DNA of 64,000 nt from Desulfurococcaceae archaeon (lineage in GTDB: Archaea > Thermoproteota > Thermoprotei_A > Sulfolobales > Desulfurococcaceae): NCBI GenBank assembly GCA_038816475.1, contig JAWBAI010000007.1, positions 10,142 through 74,141 of the forward strand, in the 5' to 3' direction. A program made the translations under genes and the position numbers. Positions within the stretch are counted from its first letter, which is position 1. Every line of letters starts with the position of its first letter. This document shows, in pieces, positions 1 to 10,231 of this stretch. Under the pieces are notes generated by a model. That model did not search any database and was not told the DNA's origin. It saw only the letters and a program-made list of their open reading frames with translations.

Positions 1-1113
1 ATGCACTCATCAGCAACTCTTCCCGTTTGTGTGATCAGTGTTCCAGCGCATGTAGTGTCAGACCTACTCAGCAATCACCAAAGTAGAATCGAAGTTGAAG
101 CAGCCTCTACTTTAGCTAGAAGTGAGGGTACTGTAGTGGTAGCTCGTGTCAATGGGAGTGGAGAGCACGATGTACATCTTGTTACACACCACGATACCCT
201 AGTAGGAGAATTCAAGCATACAACCTCAAGCATGCTACCTCGGATCTTAAGAAGGCTCCGAGATCTGAACCTGAAGTTCAACGTCGTTGCTATATCCTAC
301 ACGGCTAGAGAAGTAGGCGATGCATCATTCACAGAGTACCATTTTACGTGGGGTGAAAAGTACCTGTTAAGCGTGCTCGACGCCAAAGGAGCACTAGATA
401 GAGTGGCCTACGCGATTGGACTGGGCCCTATACACGGAGATACGGACCTTATTGCACACTCGCACCCCGTGTTCAAGGAGACGCTCGCGGAACATGTAAA
501 CTCCATAGACTACAACCACTTGTTCATGGAAAGCCACTTCTACATGGAGCATGGTGTACCCGCGTTCACCCTCACAACTCTTCCAAGAACGTGGAGCATT
601 CACAACAGCAGTGCTCAACCGGCACACGCGGAAAGCGCGGTAGTCAGAGTAGCGAATATTGTACTCGATGTATTAAGCAAAGTTAAGCCGAATGATGATT
701 GGTTCACGAAAACAAGGAGAAGTATTTATGAACAACTCGGTGAAACTAGACTTGAAGCTAAAATCGCGATGTCTAGGTTGCTTGACGCTTCAGCACGTTA
801 CGGTTCTTGGACTGGTTTACGCGAAGTAACCAAGGGCACCTACGGTGTATTCGGTATAGCTTGTACAAATCCGCTGAGCGCCGAAGCGAACTCGGGTTTA
901 GGAGTAGTTCTATCGGAGAGAACTCTAAACACGATTGAGAAGAGCAGGGAGCTATGCCATGAAGACCTGCTCATTACCACACGAGAGTACACCATGATAA
1001 TACCCGGTGGTACTAAACTATTTTTAGATGGTTACCTAGAATACTGGTTAAGAAAAACGGAGTTCAATATTAACCAAATGGTGTTAAAAGCGCTGTGTAG
1101 GCTTGGTGAATAA
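1..1113 (+). CDS. 5'-truncated hypothetical protein, possibly the C-terminal part of an M28/PA-domain aminopeptidase-like protein
   Basis: Frame open from the window edge; ends overlapping the proS start. Only a weak resemblance to peptidase folds. Confidence 0.45.
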   Translation: MHSSATLPVCVISVPAHVVSDLLSNHQSRIEVEAASTLARSEGTVVVARVNGSGEHDVHLVTHHDTLVGEFKHTTSSMLPRILRRLRDLNLKFNVVAISYTAREVGDASFTEYHFTWGEKYLLSVLDAKGALDRVAYAIGLGPIHGDTDLIAHSHPVFKETLAEHVNSIDYNHLFMESHFYMEHGVPAFTLTTLPRTWSIHNSSAQPAHAESAVVRVANIVLDVLSKVKPNDDWFTKTRRSIYEQLGETRLEAKIAMSRLLDASARYGSWTGLREVTKGTYGVFGIACTNPLSAEANSGLGVVLSERTLNTIEKSRELCHEDLLITTREYTMIIPGGTKLFLDGYLEYWLRKTEFNINQMVLKALCRLGE

Positions 1114-2554
1114 TGTGGCTTGGAAAAGCATAGGAATAGACAAGTACAAGAACTTCGACGAATGGTACCACTCAGTACTAAGAGAAGCTGACATAGTTGA
1201 CATTAGGTACCCAGTTAAGGGGATGATAGTATGGAAACCATACGGACTTAAAGCCCTAAGACTAGTACAGAGAATCCTGATAAGCCTACTGGAAGAAACA
1301 GGACATCAAGAAGCTTACTACCCTACTCTCATACCTGAATCCATATTTTCAAAGGAAAAGGACTTTCTTCAGGGGTTCGGAGGAGAAACACTGGTCATCG
1401 AGGGCACAGCGTCCAAGAGGTTCTCTGAAAGATATTTCCTTAGACCAACAAGTGAAACCGTTATGTACTACATGTGGAGTTTGTGGATCAAGGGACGAAA
1501 AGATCTTCCTTTGAAGATATACCAGGTTGTCAACGTCTTTAGATACGAAACCAAGATGACTCATCCTATACTGAGAGTCAGAGAAATAATGAGCTTTATA
1601 GAAGCACACACAGCACATGCTTCAATGGAGGAAGCTGAGAAGCAGATAGTGGAGGCTATAGGAGTGTACAAGAAGTTCTTCGATAGGCTTTACTTACCGT
1701 ACTTCATCGTGAAGACACCTCCGTGGGATACCTTTGCGGGTGCTGAGTACAACTACGACTTTATCACTGTTATGCCCGATGGTAAAGGACTCGAGCTCGG
1801 AAGTGTAATTAACCTCGGGCAAAGGTTTGCGAGAGCTTTCGACATAAAGTTCATGGATAGTGATGGGAGTGTTAAATACGTGTACCAGACGTGCTACGGT
1901 GTAAGCGAGAGAGTTCTTGGAGCAGTAATAGCTATTCACGGTGACGAGAAAGGATTGGTTTTCCCACCCGAGGTTGCCCCCATACAGATCGTAATTGTTC
2001 CCATAGCCAAACCCGAGGATAGGGACGTACTCGAGTATGCCAAGAGCATTAAAACCTACCTTGAGAGAAACAATATGAGAGTGCTACTGGACGATGACCC
2101 GGAGCATACACCAGGGTGGAAGTACTACTATTGGGAAATGAAAGGGGTTCCTCTAAGACTCGAGATCGGTAGAAAAGAGCTAGACACGAGAACCGTTACT
2201 ATCGCTAAACGTGATGGTTCCCCCAAGGTGACTGTTAAGCTCGAAGACCTTGTAAACATCATTCAGCAGGTTTCATTAGAACTAGGTGAAAGCATTAGAA
2301 GCAGAGCTCTAGAACACTTGAAGAAGCTAACGAGATTATACCTTGACTGCAGTTTTCATGAAAACTACAGAGGATTAGTGATCGCGCCATGGGATGGTTC
2401 CAGAGGTGATGCTGAACGCTTGGAGGAAACGTACAAAATGAGTGTGCTCGGCGAGATCGTTGAGTCGCCTATAGATCTGCCCAATCCCAAGAACTTTACA
2501 ACCTGCAGTGGAAGCAGAGCAGATAGATTCGCTCTCCTGGGAACCACCTACTAG
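1103..2554 (+). CDS. proS: Proline--tRNA ligase (archaeal/eukaryotic type)
   Basis: LRPTSET, FRYETK..PILRVRE (motif 2), QTCYGVSER (motif 3), PGWKYYYWEMKGVPLRLEIG anticodon-binding domain. Confidence 0.97.
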   Translation: MVNNVAWKSIGIDKYKNFDEWYHSVLREADIVDIRYPVKGMIVWKPYGLKALRLVQRILISLLEETGHQEAYYPTLIPESIFSKEKDFLQGFGGETLVIEGTASKRFSERYFLRPTSETVMYYMWSLWIKGRKDLPLKIYQVVNVFRYETKMTHPILRVREIMSFIEAHTAHASMEEAEKQIVEAIGVYKKFFDRLYLPYFIVKTPPWDTFAGAEYNYDFITVMPDGKGLELGSVINLGQRFARAFDIKFMDSDGSVKYVYQTCYGVSERVLGAVIAIHGDEKGLVFPPEVAPIQIVIVPIAKPEDRDVLEYAKSIKTYLERNNMRVLLDDDPEHTPGWKYYYWEMKGVPLRLEIGRKELDTRTVTIAKRDGSPKVTVKLEDLVNIIQQVSLELGESIRSRALEHLKKLTRLYLDCSFHENYRGLVIAPWDGSRGDAERLEETYKMSVLGEIVESPIDLPNPKNFTTCSGSRADRFALLGTTY

Positions 2555-2651
2555 ACAAATCCTAGTGGAGGTGCGAGTTCGCAAAGGTTATATTCTAAAG
2601 TTCTAAAGTTATATAAGGGAATACGAAGCTTACTGTAAAACGTTCTAGTAG

Positions 2652-2915
2652 TTGATGCATATGAGTGAGTACATAAAGCAGTTCAAAATACAACTGGTAA
2701 GTAGGGTGAAGGAGGTAAAGTTCGAAGATGTATCAGCTGTAGAGATCATAGTACGCAAAACAGGATTTCCCGATGTCAGAGTTAGAGATGAAAGAGACTA
2801 CGTTGTAGTAAGAATACAGAACAACGAGTACAAGTACGATAAATGGTACACTAAGCCAGAGCATCTGGCTGAGATAATAAAAGTGTACTACACAAAGGAA
2901 GCTACACCACCCTAG
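2652..2915 (+). CDS. Small hypothetical protein
   Basis: 87-aa ORF with an upstream TTATATAA box (~2609-2616); convergent 4-nt overlap with the next gene. Confidence 0.65.
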   Translation: MMHMSEYIKQFKIQLVSRVKEVKFEDVSAVEIIVRKTGFPDVRVRDERDYVVVRIQNNEYKYDKWYTKPEHLAEIIKVYYTKEATPP

Positions 2916-3607
2916 TGTTTTTTAACAAGCTCATGATCTTCGATTACAAAGTAACCTTCGAAATCTGAAACCCATACTGCTTTTCCATAAACTCTGATCT
3001 CGTACTTGAACAACGGTGCATTCAGTACAAGTGTTTCTGCATCACCTCCTTCGAACGATAAGTTAAAACCGTACTTCCTGCTGAGAACTGTGAGTTTTTC
3101 CAAGTCTTCCAACGTGAACTTTTTGCCTAGGATATCATGGGGGATACCCATTGATGTGATCGAAACAACTGCGAACTCTATTCCATACTCCAGCAGAGAC
3201 CTCATGTAACTGTAGTCATCTTCTCCCCAGTGTGGTGAGTACAGCGTAACCCCGTACTTCGAGGCTACTTTATTAAAGGCTTTTCTTTGGTAATCGCTGC
3301 GAATAGCGCCAGTTACTAGAACATCTATGCCGTAGTCATGGACAGCTTTTTTCACTAGCCACTCCAACGCATCGAGTTCTTTCAGCTTGTCGTATAAACC
3401 TATAGACTCTAATGGTATTCCCAGCGATTGCGCTTGGGATACTAGAACGGAGAAGTAGGGCGGGTGATACAACATAGAGTACTTATAGTGTGGTACCACC
3501 GTTAGTAGTACACTAACCCTTAAACCGGATTCTACAGCCTTGTGGAGAGCGTAGGTTGAATCTTTACCCCCAGTGAATAGTACAGCGGCGTTTTTCAAGT
3601 TCCCCAA
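2912..3607 (-). CDS. Diphthine--ammonia ligase family (PP-loop ATP-binding protein)
   Basis: FTGGKDS PP-loop, GAIRSDYQ, FEGGDAETLVLNAPLF. Confidence 0.9.
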   Translation of the reverse strand: MGNLKNAAVLFTGGKDSTYALHKAVESGLRVSVLLTVVPHYKYSMLYHPPYFSVLVSQAQSLGIPLESIGLYDKLKELDALEWLVKKAVHDYGIDVLVTGAIRSDYQRKAFNKVASKYGVTLYSPHWGEDDYSYMRSLLEYGIEFAVVSITSMGIPHDILGKKFTLEDLEKLTVLSRKYGFNLSFEGGDAETLVLNAPLFKYEIRVYGKAVWVSDFEGYFVIEDHELVKKH

Positions 3608-3887
3608 CCGCTACACAGTAAATGCTTATTCGTGTGCTTTATGCTTTTATATTCATTCCTCTAGTCATCTACTTCTCAACGGTCCTTTTAGACCTTCTTG
3701 CCCGGAAGCTTTTCAGCATTGTCCATGATTCAGCATTCATGAATTTCGAAACCCAGAGGAACCGTTAACCTCGGTAAGTTCTTGGCTTTAAAACCACAGC
3801 ACACACGAATAACCCAAGTGAGCACCAAGAAAGAAAATGGCCCCTTTATATAGTTAATTATAACGTAGATACGCATAGGGGGTTTTC

Positions 3888-4589
3888 GTGAAAGTAACAG
3901 TGATATCAGATGACAAAGTTCTTTCTCAAAACCTCATTGCTAAACACTCTTACTCTATTCTCTTAGAGGTAGGCTTTAACAAGTATTTGTTTGGGGCAGC
4001 TGCTGACCACAACACTCTAGAGCACAACACGAAAGAGCTAGACATAGACCTTGCAACCATAGATTACCTTATCGTTTCCCATGAACACACACCTCATTAC
4101 GGAGGATACCGCTTCGTAGCTCAGGAAGCTCCCTTCGTTGATGCTTTAATACCCTATGGGTCTAGCGAGTCTTTGGGGTTAATGTTTCGTCAACACGCAT
4201 TAAAACCCATGGAGGTTACCACGTGGACAAGGCTCAGCGAAGGTGTGTACGTATCAGCACCATTCTATGGACCACCCTACGAGCATTTCCTGGTTCTCAA
4301 CCATAGTAAAGGACTTGTTGTTATCTCCGGGTGTATGCACAGTGGTGTCAGAGTACTCGAGAACATAGCTAGATTTTTCAATAGAAGAATCTACGCTTTA
4401 ATAGGAGGATTTCACTTATACAACGCTCCATTGGATATTGTAGACAGAGCTGTTGCCTTCATTGCTGATACGGTGAAACCTGATCTGGTTATTCCATTGC
4501 ATTGTAGTGGAAACGCTTTCATCTACAAGCTGAAGGATCGCGGCATAAACGTTGTAGAAGCAGGTGCAGGATTCAGCATAAGAATATAA
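3888..4589 (+). CDS. MBL-fold metallo-hydrolase
   Basis: SHEHTPH (variant HxHxDH), SGCMH, IGGFH, PLHCSG. Confidence 0.85.
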   Translation: MKVTVISDDKVLSQNLIAKHSYSILLEVGFNKYLFGAAADHNTLEHNTKELDIDLATIDYLIVSHEHTPHYGGYRFVAQEAPFVDALIPYGSSESLGLMFRQHALKPMEVTTWTRLSEGVYVSAPFYGPPYEHFLVLNHSKGLVVISGCMHSGVRVLENIARFFNRRIYALIGGFHLYNAPLDIVDRAVAFIADTVKPDLVIPLHCSGNAFIYKLKDRGINVVEAGAGFSIRI

Positions 4590-4608
4590 AAATATAGAAC
4601 AATGAAAC

Positions 4609-6012
4609 CTAGCTCGAGGAATTCTGCCTGTACTTTGGATGATATTTCCTCGCGATCTCCGGTCTAATGAGCTTCAGCTCTTCTTCAGGTAGAACGGATA
4701 GAACGCTCCAAGCTTTATCAAGGGTTTCATCGATAGTTCTTCTCTCGTACTCGCCCTGGTTGATGAACTCCCGTTCGAACCTGTCTGCAAACTCCAGGAA
4801 CTTTCTATCTCTTGGTGAAAGAGCTTCTGTTCCAACAATTACGCTTAGCTCTCTAAGCCTAATACCCTCAGCGTAAGCGCTGATCAGTTGCATAAAGACA
4901 TCCTTGTGATCCTCCCTGGTTTTACCGGGTCCTATACCATCTTTCATTAGCCTTGAAAGGCTCATTAGGGGATCAAAGGGTGGGTAAATACCCTTTAACC
5001 ACAGAGACCTGGATAGTACCAGTTGACCCTCTGTTATGTAGCCTGTTAAGTCTGGTATTGGATGAGTTATGTCGTCATCAGGCATTGTGAGTATTGGCAT
5101 CTGCGTAATACTCCCCTTCTTCCCAGCGACCTTGCCTGCTCTCTCGTATATTGTTGCAAGATCTGTGTACATGTAACCTGGGTACCCTCTCCTACCAGGA
5201 ACCTCCTCTCTTGCTGCACTTAGTTCTCTTAGTGCTTCACAGTAGAACGTCATATCGGTCATTACCACTAGGACGTGCATATCGTGGTTCCACGCAAGAT
5301 GCTCAGCTATGGTTAAAGCTGTTCTAGGAGTGGCTATTCTCTCTATGACAGGAGCTGAGGCTGTGTTTATAATGGCTACCACATGTTCTAGCGCGCCGGC
5401 TTTCCGGAAGTTCTCCACGAAAAACATGGCATCATCGTATGGTACACCTATAGCAGCGAAGACCACAGCGAACTTTTCCTCCTTTCCTAGAACTCTTGCT
5501 TGTCTAACTATCTGAGCAGCTATTCTGTTGTGTGGTAAACCAGAGCCACTGAAGATTGGAAGCTTTTGTCCTCTAACGATACTGAAGAGACCATCAATAG
5601 CTGATATCCCGGTTTCTATGAACTCCGATGGGGGTAATCTTGAGGCAGGGTTTAGCGGCGCGCCATTGATGTCAAGGTACTCCTCTGGGATGATCTTTGG
5701 TCCACCATCAATGGGTCTACCTAGGCCATCCAGCGTTCTACCAAGGACGTCCATGCTAACAGGGATCTTTAGTGTTTCCCCACGATACTTAACTTTTGTT
5801 CTCTTCAAATCCACGTCTGCTACACCGCCAAATACTTGAACAACCGTTACTTCCTCGCCTGCATCAATAACTTGTCCAAGTCTCGTTTCACCGTTAGATA
5901 ACTCAACCTCAACAATCTCCCCGAATCTTACACCTGGTATTGTTTCAACGAATAGAAGACTACCCTGCGCTCTTAACAAACTGCTGGTCTCTCTAACGAG
6001 TAAGCTAGGCAT
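4609..6012 (-). CDS. atpB: A/V-type ATP synthase subunit B
   Basis: [57 protein letters not shown]. Confidence 0.98.
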   Translation of the reverse strand: MPSLLVRETSSLLRAQGSLLFVETIPGVRFGEIVEVELSNGETRLGQVIDAGEEVTVVQVFGGVADVDLKRTKVKYRGETLKIPVSMDVLGRTLDGLGRPIDGGPKIIPEEYLDINGAPLNPASRLPPSEFIETGISAIDGLFSIVRGQKLPIFSGSGLPHNRIAAQIVRQARVLGKEEKFAVVFAAIGVPYDDAMFFVENFRKAGALEHVVAIINTASAPVIERIATPRTALTIAEHLAWNHDMHVLVVMTDMTFYCEALRELSAAREEVPGRRGYPGYMYTDLATIYERAGKVAGKKGSITQMPILTMPDDDITHPIPDLTGYITEGQLVLSRSLWLKGIYPPFDPLMSLSRLMKDGIGPGKTREDHKDVFMQLISAYAEGIRLRELSVIVGTEALSPRDRKFLEFADRFEREFINQGEYERRTIDETLDKAWSVLSVLPEEELKLIRPEIARKYHPKYRQNSSS

Positions 6013-7777
6013 AAGTTTTCACCTCTTCTATCATCTTGTCGAATTCCTCTTCAACACGCTTGAATAGGTCTGCGAAGAATTTCTCCATTTCTTCGGGAGG
6101 TGTGTAGTAGGGTAGAAGCTTCATCTTAGCTATCTCTCCTCTTACTCGAGCTTCTCTGATCTTCTCAATTGGTACACCGGATTCAAGAGCTTGTTTAGCT
6201 TTCTCATAGAATTTGGCTATCACCTTGGCCATTCTCGCTGTTTTCAACGGTGAACTGTGAGCGTCTTCGAGACTAAGAGCATCCTGCCTGAGAAAGTCCT
6301 CTCTTATCATCCTGGCAACTTCGAGGACCAATCTGTCCTCGGCTGGTAACGCGTCTGCACCCACAAGCCTAACCAGCTCTTCGAGCTCTGCTTCGCGCTG
6401 TAGTATGTACATGAACAGACTTCTGGTTCTTCGGTACTCTGGATCTATCTTAGCCCACCAGTCTGCTACGTTCTCAAAGTAGAGGCTGTAGCTCACCAGC
6501 CAGTTTATAGCTGGATAGTGTCTTCTATAGGCGAGTGCGACGTCCAACGCGTAGAACGCTCTAACAATCCTTAGAGTAGCTTGCGTGACCGGCTCACTGA
6601 AGTCTGCACCGGGCGGTGAAACAGCACCTATTATAGTTAGGCTACCATTTCTCTCGGGTTGACCTAGGACTTTAATGAAGCCGCCCCTCTCATAGAAGGA
6701 TGCTAGCCTTGAACCCAGATAAGCTGGGAATCCTTCTTCACCGGGTAGTTCTTCTAGTCTACCGCTTATCTCCCTCATGGCTTCAGCCCATCTGCTGGTG
6801 GAGTCAGCTACTAGGAGAACATGGTATCCCATGTCCCTGAAGTACTCACCGATTGTTACTCCGAGGAAAACACTTGCTTCACGAGCCGCGACCGGCATAT
6901 TGCTCGTGTTCGCTATGAAAACACTTCGTTCCATCATCGGTTTCCCGGTTTTAGGATCTATGAGTTTTCTAAAGCTGTGCAATGCGTCAGCCATTTCGTT
7001 ACCGCGCTCACCGCAACCCACGTATATTGCTATGTCGGCATGGCTCCATTTAGTAAACGTCTGCAAAGCTACTGTTTTACCTGTTCCAAAGCCACCCGGG
7101 ATTGCAGCTTTACCTCCTATTCCAAGTGGAAACAGGTAGTCTACCACTCTGGTTCCAGTGATCAATGGCATAGTAGGATCGTACTTCTCCACGTAGGGTC
7201 TTGGTTTTCTAACCGGCCACTTCTGGTACATGTATACATCTGTTCCATTGACTCTCGCAATGGGTTCTTCTAGCGTGTATTCACCTTCGTTTGCGATCCA
7301 CTCCAAATTGCCGTGAAATCCGTGGGGTATCATTATGTAGTGTTTCACCGTCTCAGTTTCCTGGACGTAGCCTACGATGTCACCACCGGATACCTTAGTA
7401 CCTGGTTTTACGAGTGGTGTAAAATACCATTTCTTGTCTCTAGGTAGTGGAGGAAGCTTTACACCTTTCCTAACGAAGAACCCGACTAGTTCCTCAAGCT
7501 TCTTCAAGGGTCGCTGAATACCATCAAATACCGAACCTATGAGACCAGGTCCAAGCTCCGCTGAAAGCGGTTCTCCAGTAGAATACACTGGTTCACCTAC
7601 TTTAAGTCCACTAGTATCCTCGTAGACCTGTATTATTGCTTTATCTCCCTGTACTCCAATGACTTCACCAATAAGTCTTTCTTCACCAACTTCTACAACT
7701 TCGTAGACACCAACCCCTTTCATACCCTCTGCTATAACGAGAGGTCCTGAAACTCTGTACGTTTTACCTTTAAGCAT
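6005..7777 (-). CDS. atpA: A/V-type ATP synthase subunit A (start probably ATG 7777, MLKGK; the ORF track extends to 7837)
   Basis: Walker [42 protein letters not shown]; no intein. Confidence 0.98.
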   Translation of the reverse strand: MLKGKTYRVSGPLVIAEGMKGVGVYEVVEVGEERLIGEVIGVQGDKAIIQVYEDTSGLKVGEPVYSTGEPLSAELGPGLIGSVFDGIQRPLKKLEELVGFFVRKGVKLPPLPRDKKWYFTPLVKPGTKVSGGDIVGYVQETETVKHYIMIPHGFHGNLEWIANEGEYTLEEPIARVNGTDVYMYQKWPVRKPRPYVEKYDPTMPLITGTRVVDYLFPLGIGGKAAIPGGFGTGKTVALQTFTKWSHADIAIYVGCGERGNEMADALHSFRKLIDPKTGKPMMERSVFIANTSNMPVAAREASVFLGVTIGEYFRDMGYHVLLVADSTSRWAEAMREISGRLEELPGEEGFPAYLGSRLASFYERGGFIKVLGQPERNGSLTIIGAVSPPGADFSEPVTQATLRIVRAFYALDVALAYRRHYPAINWLVSYSLYFENVADWWAKIDPEYRRTRSLFMYILQREAELEELVRLVGADALPAEDRLVLEVARMIREDFLRQDALSLEDAHSSPLKTARMAKVIAKFYEKAKQALESGVPIEKIREARVRGEIAKMKLLPYYTPPEEMEKFFADLFKRVEEEFDKMIEEVKTYA

Positions 7778-7814
7778 GCTACCAGCCGATATTCTCAATA
7801 GGTACAGATGGATA

Positions 7815-8141
7815 TTAAAGCTCGATCTCAACTCCAAGGTCTTTCTTGGCTAATTCCTTGTAGTACTTTCTCGGATCCGTAAACTCCTTTTTGAGTGGGT
7901 ATTCTAATTCAACGAATAGCTTTTCTCTGGAGTACGCGTTCAGTATTCTCCTGAAGCTATTGCAGCTCTCTGCTACGAGGTCTAAGTACACTATTACATC
8001 GTAGTTCTGAATATTGTTTGACAACCAGTTGTTCAGGTCCTCGCAGTTAGCCTTGAACAGGTAAGCATCAAGTCCTGCTGCACGTGCGATCAGTTCTAGT
8101 GCTTCATCACCTATAAAGATCACTCTGCCACGCTTGATCAC
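7815..8141 (-). CDS. atpF: ATP synthase subunit F
   Basis: Size (108 aa), position before atpA, N-terminal VIFIGDE, C-terminal LGVEI. Confidence 0.8.
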   Translation of the reverse strand: MIKRGRVIFIGDEALELIARAAGLDAYLFKANCEDLNNWLSNNIQNYDVIVYLDLVAESCNSFRRILNAYSREKLFVELEYPLKKEFTDPRKYYKELAKKDLGVEIEL

Positions 8142-9082
8142 GGGCTAACCCACCTCTCAATGAACAACCTAAGCTCAGGTTTCACAGATGGCTCTTCTAC
8201 AAACACTAGTACAAGCTTCAGGAGAACACTCTGCCTCAAGTATAGAAGATAGTACTTGAGCAAAGACTCTGCAGGCTTTACATGCAGTATTTGGGATGCT
8301 AAATAGGCTGGAGCCATCACTGCTACTAAGTCCAACCCCTCTATTCTTCCTAGGAACTTGAGAGAATCTTCGTAAATGCTAGAAGCTACACTAGTAGCAG
8401 GATGAGCTTTCTTCAAAATGCCGATGATTTGCTCAGGGCTACTTGTAACCAGTTTGCACGCATCTTTCAGCTCCTGCGCAGGTATAAGTAAAGATTTGAA
8501 TTCAGCATCCGAAAAATAGTGAATGCTGCAGAGCCTGAGCAGAATCAGGTCATAGTATAAACCAGCCGCTAGGTATTCGTGAACATATTCAGAGTCCTTA
8601 ATGATTAGGGCGATCTCATCTAGAACTTTCACGAGGTTCTCGGGCTTTAGTCTACCCAAAGAGCGGTAGTAACCCAGTAGTTTACTTAGAAATGGGTTAG
8701 TAGCGTAGAACTGAGCTGACTCAAGATACTCTTTGATACTGCTCACTCCAGGTACTGGAAAATAGGAGAGAGGTTTTAAACCCATTTGATGAGTCAATAG
8801 TGCAGGCACAGATGAATAGGTTCTGGCTAGAGCATCAACTGCTAGAACTGTTCTCTCAGCTTCAGTTTCTTCGAGAATTCTCGTTAGAAGAATAGCATGG
8901 TACCTGTCGACTTCTGCTAGTATTCTACTTAAATCTCGAGACTCCTCAGCTATTTTAATCAACCTGGGTGCAAACTCTTTGTCGATTATAGCTCTAAGAC
9001 TACCTGATCTTGTGTCAGCACTAAGCATGCTGCAGTATTCTTCCTTCAATACGATACTGCTCTTCCTGAACACGGGTATCAA
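8138..9082 (-). CDS. Probable divergent ATP synthase subunit C
   Basis: 314-aa helical protein in the E-C-F-A-B operon slot; no strong motif. Confidence 0.6.
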   Translation of the reverse strand: MIPVFRKSSIVLKEEYCSMLSADTRSGSLRAIIDKEFAPRLIKIAEESRDLSRILAEVDRYHAILLTRILEETEAERTVLAVDALARTYSSVPALLTHQMGLKPLSYFPVPGVSSIKEYLESAQFYATNPFLSKLLGYYRSLGRLKPENLVKVLDEIALIIKDSEYVHEYLAAGLYYDLILLRLCSIHYFSDAEFKSLLIPAQELKDACKLVTSSPEQIIGILKKAHPATSVASSIYEDSLKFLGRIEGLDLVAVMAPAYLASQILHVKPAESLLKYYLLYLRQSVLLKLVLVFVEEPSVKPELRLFIERWVSP

Positions 9083-9085
9083 AAT

Positions 9086-9661
9086 TCAGCCCCAGAGGCT
9101 CTTGGCGATTTTATCGAGTAGTCTAAGCTCAGCCTGCTTAAGTCTAACTTCAATGCTGTTGTTCACTACGGTGCCTTCTGAGGACACTAGTATGACTCCT
9201 CCCGGCATTTTATCATCTGTTTCAATTTCAACGTTGCTGTACCCGAGTTCATTCAGAATCTCTTTTGCTACCTCAGTGTCGTTTGGGTTAACGACGATCT
9301 TTGATAGGGTTTTTATGTACGCTAAACCCTCGATAATCAGGCTCCTGAGGCTTTGTTTAACATCGTATTCTCTTTTGTGGAGAATACTGCGTGCTTTTTC
9401 AAAAACATCGTTAATGACTTCTTGCTTAGCACTCGCTACTATGATACTAGCCTCTCTCTTGGCATCAGCTAGTATTATGTTTGCCTGTCTAAGTGCTTCT
9501 TCAACTATTCGCTTCCTAGTAGCTTCGGCTTTACTAGTCCACAGTTCTAGCGCGTCTTTGATTATTTTATCTGCTTGATTACGTGCTTCCTCTATTATAG
9601 CGCTTGCCTTTCTCTCGGCTTCCCTTATAATCCTCTCAGAGAAATCGTAGCCTGTTTCCAA
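9086..9661 (-). CDS. atpE: ATP synthase subunit E
   Basis: N-terminal coiled coil, GGVILVS.EG.VVNNSIEVRL. Confidence 0.92.
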   Translation of the reverse strand: METGYDFSERIIREAERKASAIIEEARNQADKIIKDALELWTSKAEATRKRIVEEALRQANIILADAKREASIIVASAKQEVINDVFEKARSILHKREYDVKQSLRSLIIEGLAYIKTLSKIVVNPNDTEVAKEILNELGYSNVEIETDDKMPGGVILVSSEGTVVNNSIEVRLKQAELRLLDKIAKSLWG

Positions 9662-9667
9662 CGCACT

Positions 9668-10129
9668 TCATCCCATTAACGCGTAGCTTAGTATTGTGAA
9701 GACTATTCCTAGTATTCCCCAGAGCTCAACATACACAGCTAGAATAACAGTGCTCATGAAGTTCTTACCCTTGGTTCTAGGCAACTCGGAGATTCCAGAG
9801 GCGCAGACAATGCCCTGCGCCCATGCAGAGAGCCATTCGGCAAACAGTCCTGCGAGCCCTGCACCGAGTATGCCGAGAGCCCTTGCAAGAGTTATCTCTA
9901 CTCCCGGTATGTATGCCCGCAATGTGTATATCATCTGTATTAGTCCGTAAAATGTCTGAGTCATTGGTAGTGCTGCCAGTATTAAGACGTTCTTGAACTG
10001 AGCTGGATCCTCAGCGAGTACCGAGGCTCCGGCGCTAGCTGCACGCTTCATACCTGTAGTTGACCCGATCACGCCACCAACTAGCGGAAGCACAGCACCT
10101 ATATAAGCAATCCCTAATGGGTCTATCAA
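9668..10129 (-). CDS. atpK: ATP synthase subunit K (c), duplicated 4-TM V-type proteolipid
   Basis: Two hairpins; LPMTQTFYG, SAWAQG and a single essential Glu in YVELWG. Confidence 0.93.
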   Translation of the reverse strand: MIDPLGIAYIGAVLPLVGGVIGSTTGMKRAASAGASVLAEDPAQFKNVLILAALPMTQTFYGLIQMIYTLRAYIPGVEITLARALGILGAGLAGLFAEWLSAWAQGIVCASGISELPRTKGKNFMSTVILAVYVELWGILGIVFTILSYALMG

Positions 10130-10177
10130 TTCACATCGCCTTCTTTCAGCCTTGACTTTACTGATCTTAGTCTACGG

Positions 10178-10185
10178 TTTATATA
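10178..10185 (-). promoter_or_regulatory. Putative internal TATA box upstream of atpK
   Basis: TATATAAA on the minus strand in the 100-bp atpI-atpK gap, about 50 nt before the atpK start. Confidence 0.45.
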
Positions 10186-10231
10186 CGTGTATAGTGCCTG
10201 CACTTTGAACCATCTGAACGGATCCCTACTC

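Noticed and set aside
3626-3812. 11-bp inverted repeat TTATTCGTGTG/CACACGAATAA in a divergent intergenic region
   Set aside because: No target duplication or second copy; may be a regulator site or chance.
6005-7837. Intein in atpA
   Set aside because: Length is normal and the motifs around Walker A are contiguous.
8979-9578. Long antisense ORFs (also 19708-20271, 39926-40432, 60302-60829, 60836-61321)
   Set aside because: Shadows of well-supported genes on the opposite strand.
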